60,000 nucleotides of DNA, from assembly GCA_964187785.1 (NCBI GenBank), contig OZ076409.1, forward strand, positions 97,156,001-97,216,000, given 5' to 3'. The position numbers and the translations under genes are program-made. Source of the stretch: Amphiscolops sp. MND2022. Taxonomy: Eukaryota. Numbering within the stretch: position 1 is the first letter of the stretch; every line of letters starts with the position of its first letter. The notes below the pieces were generated by a model. The model was not told where the DNA came from, did no database searches, and worked only from the letters and a program-made list of their open reading frames with translations. Below, one piece after another: positions 51,010 through 60,000 of this stretch.

Positions 51010-52934
51010 TTTTAGGAGTCGGAAAAAAATTTTCGACTACTTTTGCAATCGTGCTGTTTTTTTTTGTTTTTAGGAGTCGGAAAAAAATTTCGACTAATGC
51101 AATCGTGCTGTTTTTTTTCTCCCGACCTTTTCATGAAAATTTCAAATTTCTCAAAAACTGTCCATACGATTTTCACGAAATTTTGCACAGTCATTCTACA
51201 CCCAAAGGGGCCCCTGCGTGTGCAAAGGCATCAAAATCGTATGGCTGGGATGTGAGAAACGTAGCCCAAATTAGCCCAAAAATGGCCAAAAAACAGCCAT
51301 TTTTCGACTTTTTTCGATTTTCTCAAAAACTGTCCATACGATTCGAACGAAATTTTCTACAGTTATTCTACACCATATTAGAGTCCTATATGTGCAATGG
51401 CATCAAAATCGTATGACTGGGATGTGAGAAATATAGTCAAAATTAGCCCGAAAATGGTCAAAAAGAGCCATTTTTAGACTTCAGAAGGAAAAAGACCTAA
51501 GCCGACTCCTTTACCGCACATGCGGCTCTGGTTTTTTCTCCCGACCTTTTCATGAAAATTTCAAATTTCTCAAAAACTGTCCATACGATTTTCACGAAAT
51601 TTTGCACAGTCATTCTACACCCAAAGGGGCCCCTGCGTGTGCAAAGGCATCAAAATCGTATGGCCTGGATGTGAGAAACATAGCCAAAATTAGCCCAAAA
51701 ATGGCCAAAAACAGCCATTTTTCGATTTTTTTCGCTTTTCTCAAAAACTGTCCATACGATTCGAACGAAATTTTCTACAGTTATTTTACACCATATTAGA
51801 GTCCTATATGTGCAATGGCATCAAAATCGTATGGCTGGGATGTGAGAAACATAGCCAAAATTAGCCCAAAAATGGCCAAAAAACACCCATTTTTCGACTT
51901 TTTTCGATTTTCTCACAAACTGTCCATACGATTCGAACGAAAGTACGAAATTTTCTACAGTTATTCTACACCATATTAGAGTCCTATATGTGCAATGGCA
52001 TCAAAATCGTATGGCTGGGATGTGAGAAACATAGTCAAAATTAGCCCAAAAATGGTCAAAAAGAGCCATTTTTCGACTTCAGAAGGAAAAAGACCTAAGC
52101 CGACTCCTTTACCGCACATGCGGCTCTGGTTTTTTCTCCCGACCTTTTCATGAAAATTTCAAATTTCTCAAAAACTGTCCATACGATTTTCACGAAATTT
52201 TACACAGTCATTCTACACCCAAAGGGGCCCCTGCGTGTGCAAAGGCATCAAAATCGTATGGCTGGGATGTGAGAAACATAGCCAAAATTAGCCCAAAAAT
52301 GGCCAAAAAACAGCCATTTTTCGATTTTTTTCGCTTTTCTCAAAAACTGTACATACGATTCGAACGAAATTTTCTACAGTTATTTTACATCATATTAGAG
52401 TCCTATATGTGCAATGGCATCAAAATCGTATGGCTGGGATGTGAGAAACATAGTCGAAATTAGCCCAAAAATGGCCAAAAAACAGCCATTTTTCGACTTT
52501 TTCCGATTTTCTCAAAAACTCTCCATACGATTCGAACGAAATTTTCTACAGTTATTCTACACCATATTAGAGTCCTATTTGTGCAATGGCATCAAAATCG
52601 TATGGCTGGGATGTGATAAACAAAGCCAAAATTAGCCCAAAAATGGCCAAAAAACAGTCATTTTTCAATTTTTTTCGATTTTCTCAAAAACTGTCCATAC
52701 GATTCGAACGAAATTTTCTATAGTGATTCTACACCATATTATGGTCCTTTATGTCCAATTTCATTAAATTCGTATGGCTGGGATGTGAGAAACATAGCCA
52801 AATTTAGCCCAAAAATGGCCAAAAAAACAGTCATTTTTCGATTTTCTCACAAACTGTTCATACGATTCGAACGAAAGCGAGTCAGAAGGAAAATGACTTA
52901 AGCCGACTCCTTTACCGCATATGCGGCTCTGGTT
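51010..52934 (+). repeat. Head-to-tail tandem array of family-3 elements with ~172-bp internal subrepeats
   Basis: 3' ends at ~51532, ~52130 and ~52934; recurrent unit catcaaaatcgtatggctgggatgtgagaaac... about every 172 bp. Confidence 0.9.
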
Positions 52935-53464
52935 TGGCTTGCAATTAAATTAAGATGACTGTTTGTTAGACAGCATTTTCTTGTTCCGCTTCTCTGTGAA
53001 GCTTTCGAACAGCTTCGAAAATCGTTCATTGTAGAGTGAAAGCAAAATAGTTTTCGTTTGGTTTTTTTCAACGTCCATTTTTTTTTACTTTTTACTGTTT
53101 CTACTGAACACTTTTGACGGCTTCTGTGAAATATTTTTTCTTCAGTCTTACTCTTATGGTCCACTTTTTGCTTTCATAGAACATTAACATCCAATTATCT
53201 TTTCTGACCTTGGTATTTTAACTACATTTAAAAATCTCCTTTTTGGATGTTTTGCGGCATTGAGATTTTTTCCGGAAATTTATCAATGTTCCTAAAGGCT
53301 CCCATGTACAATATTTTGACGTGTTCCAACCTTGGAAGCGAGAAGAGCTGAAAGTTATCTGTTTAATTTTTATGCTACTGAAAGTTTTTGGGGAAAGTTT
53401 TTGAAACCAGTTTTTTTCGAAAGTTTCTGGTGATACAAGTGATGGAAAAACGACTTGTTTGTTT

Positions 53465-54242
53465 ATTTTCCGCCCTCACAAATTTTTTTTGTTTAGAGGT
53501 AGGAAAATCACCATCTGTCTTGCGTTTTCCATATTCTGCTAAAAATCCATTTAGTGGGATAATCCTATTAGTTACTGTAGTAGGCCCAGTTGGTAGGGCG
53601 TCCGCCTGCCAGTCAGTAGGTCGTGGGTTCGAACCCGGGCCCGGTCTGAAGTTTGATTCTTTTTATTATTTCTGCGATAGCAGGAATATTATTGAAATCT
53701 GAAGATGTCTAGTTTTTTTTCAGTAAAATTCTTCGCATGATACTGAATAATTCAGATATTTTGTTCGGCAGTGACTGGAAGCGTGAGAAGTAAATTTTTC
53801 ATGCTGCCGACGACAATTCAATTCTCGTGCGATGGAACGAGCGAGTGGTAATTATGCATTCGTACGCTGACGTCTTTGAGATGAAGCGAGTGAATGTTCG
53901 TAATTGTGCTTTCGTTGCTCCGAGTTATTGAGATGAAGCGAATGAGTTTTAATTATTCGTTCGTTGAGAGCTTCGCCTGGATTCAAATGCGAATGCGAAA
54001 CTTCGTCTACGCTTAGTGGTTAAATTTTCTTTAGTCCGAGAAGAATTAAAGGCGGTGTAAACTGGTACAGTGATTAATTGTGCGCTAAAAACTGGATAAA
54101 CAGGAGTGTATTGGTAGACCAGATATGATTCTGTTATTAATGAAAGATCAAAGCAGAAAGAATACTGTGCCCCGGAGAGGCCTATTTTTTGCAATGAGTG
54201 TGGCGGCGGAAAATATCCCTGTGCTTAGATTAACGTCTTGTT
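53465..54242 (+). mobile_element. Family-2 element with a nested family-4 element (~53666-54190)
   Basis: attttccgc ... gcggaaaat subterminal inverted pair; tRNA-like core at 53581-53645; ends ~10 nt before the last LST8 exon. Confidence 0.68.
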
Positions 54243-54252
54243 GTTATTTCAG

Positions 54253-54368
54253 TGTCATCCGATGGAATGATCAGGTACTGGGATGTGTGCAAAGGCACCC
54301 TAGTGCACAAATGGCAAAATGGCATGAAACCAGTCACGTGTTTGGCTTTCTTCGAACCTCCCTCGTAA
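54253..54368 (+). CDS. MLST8: LST8 last coding exon
   Basis: ttatttcag|TG TCA...TCG TAA; VSSDGMIRYWDVCKGTLVHKWQNGMKPVTCLAFFEPPS*. All eight exons join in frame (1203 nt). Confidence 0.9.
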
Positions 54369-54550
54369 CACCACATGAACCTAGAACCTATCTATCATTC
54401 TAACAGAAGAAACAGAACAGAACAGACTCTCTTATCCTGTAGAACACAGTGGTCATCGGACCTTTTCTTGGTCTCTGGGTTTTTTGCTTTTGGCGCTCTT
54501 TCTGATAAAGCAGCCGACCCCACCACTAAAATTTTCGAAAGTAAATCTCA

Positions 54551-55051
54551 ACAAGACGGGAACGTCCCAAGTCGGCGCCATATCTTAGGCTCAAAAATAC
54601 TCAAGGAACAACTATTGGAAACATTTGGAAAAGACTCATTTTTTTCAAAAAAAGTATTTGGTTAGAAAAGTCGCACAATGCCGAAAAACCCAGAAAGAGG
54701 TCATTTAGGCTCATTAAACGTTTTTTTTTACAAACCTAAAAAAATGCAAGGGGGTACCCGTTGATAAAATTCGAAAATTTTCGAAAAAAAGTCGCATAGT
54801 GCCGAAAAAACCCAAAGGGGGACCCTTTGGTCTCACCTGTACTTTTGGAAGCATTAAAAAATTTATGGTTTAGTGCGAGAATCGAACCCACGCTCTCCGG
54901 CTTGGTCGAAGATGAACAAATATGAAAGATGAACAAATTGTAAGAAAAGTGGACCACTCAGAGTGAGATTGTCAACCGAAAAAAAAACAAAAAAAACTAA
55001 TCACTGTAAGAGTCGGGCTTTTTTCCTTAAGGGAAAAGGTGCCGACTAAAA
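54551..55051 (-). mobile_element. Family-1 HINE-like element with tRNA-like core
   Basis: Reverse copy of the 843-1478 / 33222-33755 subfamily, including gtgggttcgattctcgcacta. Confidence 0.7.
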
Positions 55052-55310
55052 ATTTCAGACTAGCCTAATTAAACGTAAAGCCTTCTTTCGTAACAGAAAG
55101 TTAACGTCTAATAGAATAGTTTTTGTCTGAACAAAACATTTTTCACGCATTTTGATCACAATTATCGTCGTGTTCACTGTTTTTGTGACTCAAAACAGGA
55201 AGCTGCTGATTTCTTCATCAAGATTGCGTGTGATACGCAAAAATAGTGTGAACAAAGTTTGTATCTCAATTCTAATCTGTCACCGTGGAAATAAATTCAA
55301 AACTGAAGGT

Positions 55311-55736
55311 GGCTCTTTCTGTTCGAACACCCTCCCACCCCACCACCAATTATTTTGGAAAATTAGTGAAAATCGAATAGCCAAAAGAACCAAAAGAGTT
55401 GAATACAAACCAGAAAGCTTTAAATTTACATTTATTCTTAGTGTGACAGTTTAGGATTCAGATACAAACTTTGTTCACACTTTTTCAATATATAGTCACG
55501 CAATTTTGATGAAGAAATCTACAGCTTCCTGTTTTGAGTCATCAATAAACACTTAATACGAACATAATTATAGTCAAAAAGCGTGATCAATGTTTTGTTC
55601 TAGCAAAAAAAACTATTCCAATAGACGTTAACTTCCTTTTATGAAAGAAGATTTCACTTTTAATTAGACTAGTCTGAAGTTTTCAAGGAAATTTACTTCC
55701 AAAATTTTGGCGGTGGGGGAAAAACAGAAAAGAGCC
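55311..55736. mobile_element. GG-ended MITE, same family as 41491-41901
   Basis: TIR ggctctttctgtt / aacagaaaagagcc; TSD ctgaaggt / ttgaaggt. Confidence 0.8.
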
Positions 55737-58700
55737 TTGAAGGTTTCTCATTTTAAACTCGAATTGAGAAGAACTGTATAAACTTGTCTACAGTGACAAA
55801 AAATCTTGAGACCAAGATAGCAGATGCTTCTTTCTTTGCTGTATTTTCATTTTGAATGAACTCTTGAAATTGATTATTTTTGAAATTCTCATTTACACTG
55901 TTAGTTTCTATATCCGTGCAGTAGTACTTAATTTTTCAATATTTTTAGTTGTGTATTGTGATATCTTACTCCTCACTTCAAGCTTTGAAGCTGAATTGTT
56001 TTGCATTCCATTGCACATAAGGAGGTTTATAAACTAAACTAGTTCAGTTGGCTGTAGTTTCATGTAGATATATACATGTATATATATATGCACCGTGAGC
56101 CAATGCGGGAATATTTTATACGTTTCTCCGTCATATGTTTTGCTCAAAAGTCCATTCCATTGACACATGCTACTAATAACTGAAACGAAACCATTGAAGG
56201 ACGGACCGTCGCAATTTGAAGCACCAGCTAGAAAAAAGTTAAAAACGCTTCGCTTGATTGTTTATAGACTGTTAACTGTTGCATCCACTGTTAACTTGCT
56301 TTTGGATCTGCTTTACTAGAGTCATCAATCAACCATGGCGTTCGAAACCATGTTCAGCAGAGCTGTGGTAAGAACATTTTAACTTCCACAAAATGCATGT
56401 TAGTTTAAAAATCCGGTTTCCTATACTTCTGTATATCAGAGTTCCTGAAAGTTTGCTCAGCTAAAAACAGTTTGCCGTAAATTTGTTTGCCGCTCAGCTA
56501 AAAACAGTTTGCCGTAAAAAACAGCTAAAACGTAAATTTTCTAAAACGTTATTACAGTCGGACCTTCGGTTATTGCAACTCCTGGGGAGTAAGTATGTCA
56601 TTGATTACGGCAGGGGCGGTTTAAGGATTTCCTCAACGGGTGGGCGGATTTTCAAAACGTGAGGCGCACCGGAACGAGAGCACCAGTTGAATATTTGGAA
56701 TTAGAAAAACTCAGCTCATTTTACCGGCTGTGACATCAATTCATTCCATACATATCTCCAAAGGAGAAGAAACAGCGAGGTTTCGAGTTGAAGGTATCAT
56801 AGCGACGCGTTTTCAAAAAGTATTGAAGACTTGAGTGGCTAGTTTTCCAATTGTCGCATTAGTCGACTTATAAGATTTAGCCCAAGATCTAAAGTTCCCA
56901 AAAGTTAAACCATTATGTCGATTATTTTACATTTCCACTACAAAACTGCACCATACTAAAGAGCCTTACCGTATCTTAATTTCAATTTCGTCCAAAGATA
57001 CCTTTTTTGAACACGAAAGGTTACCATGATGTTTTTTGTGAATATTTTTGAGACCGGATTGTGTTGACAATATCCGTTTGTTTAAGACTTAGCGGCTGGG
57101 TTTGTGTAGCTGTTACGGAATTTTCAATTAGTCAATTTTTGTAGGTTGTGGGTTTGCATCGTGTAGCAAATCTAAAACATCAAAATGTTTTTGAGTGCTC
57201 CTATCATTGGGTAGCTACTGCGAAAAGAATTCACAAAACGTCATTTTTATCCAGATCCAGTGAAAAAATTTCTTGGAATTTTCCCAGTACTTGGCGAATT
57301 TGTCAGACAGTTTTTTAGCATCAAGCAGTGCGCGAACTTTGTCAGCTCCTATCTTTTCCTCTTCAGAATTGATTTCTCATTTTTTTTTACTTTTCTGCCT
57401 TTCACTTCTAATATGGGAAAGTAATGGTCCTAAATCGTGTTATGTGTTAATTTTGAATGTCTTTTATCATTTTATTGTGAATTTTTATCGTTGATTTTTT
57501 TTTCAATATCCAACTTCGGTCTCATTCGGTACTTGACTACTTTAAGATTAACCCAAAAACTTTTCCATCGCTCGAAAAAGGTATCAATTCTATCCCATTT
57601 TCGTTAGTTTTCAAAGAAAGATCAATTGAAGTTTTAAAGATGTAACTATTGATGAACTAAAATGAACCAAATCTGAATTTTCAAAAAATTTTTGGGTTTT
57701 TGTAGCACTCTGCGACGTTTTTGTTTCAAAAAATATCATTGACCTAATGTGCTTCTGACTTTTTCAGTAAGTTTACCAGCTTTTTGAGACTTCAGAATTT
57801 TAAGCTGGAAAGCCCATTTAACCTTTTTGAAAGTTAGAATAAAGCTTTTTCAAGCTCAAAGATATTCCATTCGAGTTTTTTTCCAACTCTGTGGGATCAG
57901 GAATTCTTCAAAAAATGCCTCAAAGCCTTGAAGTTTTTTGCTCATTTCGAACCTTTAGAATGCCGTTCCCGTCTTGTTATTTTTCCGCTCATATTTCCAT
58001 ATTGGAAACGAAAACTACACGCGATTTTTTCCTTTTCAAAAATCACTTTCCCGATATCTTACCCAAATTGAAAGGGTTCACCCATAGAGTTCAACCGATG
58101 AAAGCTTAGCTTTGTGCAAGTTTTTTTAGAGTTTTTGGACTTTTTGGTTGACCCCGAAATGACCTAAAAACTACCACATAATCATAAAATCCAATGTTTA
58201 GAATTGATTTGCATTTTTGTACAATTTTCGATTGTTTTCGTTGGTTGGAAATTGCAAAACTTGCGAAACGGAAGACCAGCTGAACAGAATGCTTTTTAGG
58301 AGCGAAAACCGACTGGTTTGATTGAAAAATTGTCTCAAAATGATAATAACCTAAAAACTAAAAATATTGAACTTCTTACTTTTTGTACAATTTTCGAAAG
58401 TTTTCATGGGTTAAAATATCCAAAAAAGTGTCGGGCCGGAAGAAACAGCATCAAAAAGTTTTCTCAGGAAAATGTCTCAAAATGACCCAGAAAAATGTCT
58501 CAAAAAAACAAAGTTTCAATGTTCCAGTTTTTACTTTACTCTGGCGGGTTTTGTTGAATCTGATCGTTTGGAAAGATTACAACCATAGACGTCAACAACG
58601 AATCAGCTAGCTCTTACACACGCTGTTACAATAAATATTTTGGTGTTTTTTTTTTTAAAAAGCTTTGGAAATATTCTAAAAATTACTTGACAATCCATTC

Positions 58701-60000
58701 ATTTATATTTTTAAGCAATTTTTTCAATACTTTTGAGCGTTTCAAAAAAACATACTCAAAGCTTTCAAAGACGAGAATAATTTGGTATCTTTTATCTGGT
58801 ACGCTTTTACGACAAGCAATTTGGAGTTTATGAACAAAAACCTTGAAGGACACCAAAAATGACACTTTCAACTTTTAATCTTTTGTCCAACTTTCGAACG
58901 TTTCCAAGAGTCAGATTGAACAAGAAGTTAACAGAAATTGTTCAAAAATCCTTTTAAAAATTTGACTGTGTTTGATGAAGAATTGCTATGATGCAACCCG
59001 AACAATTCCTACGTTTTTAAATTTCGACAATTTCAAGCCATTTCTATACAGTTTTCCAATTTTTTGATGGTTAAAAACAAAACATTCATTGATGCAACAG
59101 ACCTCTCGATAAAACAATTAGCAGTTTATTAGCTTTTCATATGTGCAAAGCCATAACATTTACAAAAATGCAAAAAGTGCTTCTTTTTACTTTTTGACAA
59201 TTCTATACAATTTTCTTCCAAACTCTTATTTTTTTAGTGGTTCTTACTAAAAGCACTGTTCAGAAATGAAATGAGTATCAATGAAGCAAACACTTTACGA
59301 GAGCAATGTAATATTTTTAAAAATAGCCAAAACAATCCGAAAGTTTCCACTTGGGAATATATAGAACATTGAGCGAAGAGCCAACTTGGGCCGTTCCCAG
59401 CTTGTTTTAAAACACAAAAACTACCCAATCAAGATGCTTTTTTGATTTCTTTTTCAAAGGCGGTTTTCAAAGTAGGAACATCCGTGGAGTTCAATAACAA
59501 ACAGTTTGGGCACCAAACATATTTCATTTGGACACACAATCAAGGTATTTCTAAGCAAGAAAGGTTTAGAAGTTTTCATGCTTGAGCCTTAGGAAATTGT
59601 CGTAGCTAATTTAGTTCGGCGCGGAAAAAATTCCGACATGGCGGGCGTCATGTAAGTCGGCGCTTCATGAAGTGAAACGCGACTATACTAGTGACTTTTC
59701 TCAATGCACACGAACTGACCAAAACATTTCTACCAATTTCTACAAAACTTTAACGGACCAAATTGTACCCTTTGGCCCAAGTATCTGAACTATATTATTT
59801 TTCGTTTTCTAGCATAACCTACAAAACCGAACGAGACTAAAAAAGGGTCCCATTTCCTTTTTCCTCGGCACTGTGAGACTTCGAAAAAAATTTAATGTCT
59901 CCAAAGGGTCCCCATTCAATTTTTGATACATTCCAACAGATGGGATGTTAAACCCCCCTCCCCCCCCAAAAAAAAAATATCACCCTTTTATTGCGCGTCA

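Noticed and set aside
51043..52635. Repeated similar ORFs (MAKKQPFFDFFRFSQK...)
   Set aside because: Translation of the tandem array; frames shift between units.
28686..53645. Apparent tRNA genes (28686, 34575, 36701, 53581)
   Set aside because: Acceptor stems and anticodon arms are degenerate and all lie inside repeats; treated as tRNA-derived cores.
55750..59400. Possible further gene at the right end
   Set aside because: No GC-rich exon with a recognisable peptide and flanking splice sites was found.

Overview
AT-rich, repeat-dense eukaryotic (animal) genomic DNA with short GC-rich exons; the style resembles a marine invertebrate such as an acoel, which is inference only. Three spliced genes can be assembled by hand with consistent splice phases. 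(1) MFF/Tango11-like mitochondrial fission factor, + strand, 5 coding exons, 6211-20965, ~256 aa. (2) LST8/mLST8 (TOR complex WD40 subunit), + strand, 8 coding exons, 27523-54368, ~400 aa. (3) A myosin essential-light-chain-like EF-hand gene, - strand, 3 exons, 47207-43573, 152 aa, nested inside an LST8 intron. The rest is mostly non-autonomous DNA transposons: hAT-type MITEs with 8-bp TSDs, GG-ended 8/9-bp-TSD MITEs, a piggyBac relic interrupted by a deleted hAT, and four abundant families with Helentron/HINE (DINE-1-like) architecture, some carrying tRNA-like cores and one in a tandem array. Best finding: MFF intron 17032-17500 corresponds exactly to a hAT-type MITE plus one TSD length. Its GC donor and AG acceptor come from the TSD/TIR junctions, so it looks like an Introner-type intron gain. 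Other notable points: a 9-bp target (CCTGCYAAC) repeated five times from the myosin light chain splice acceptor, and a splice acceptor 11-13 nt before the ATG in all three genes.
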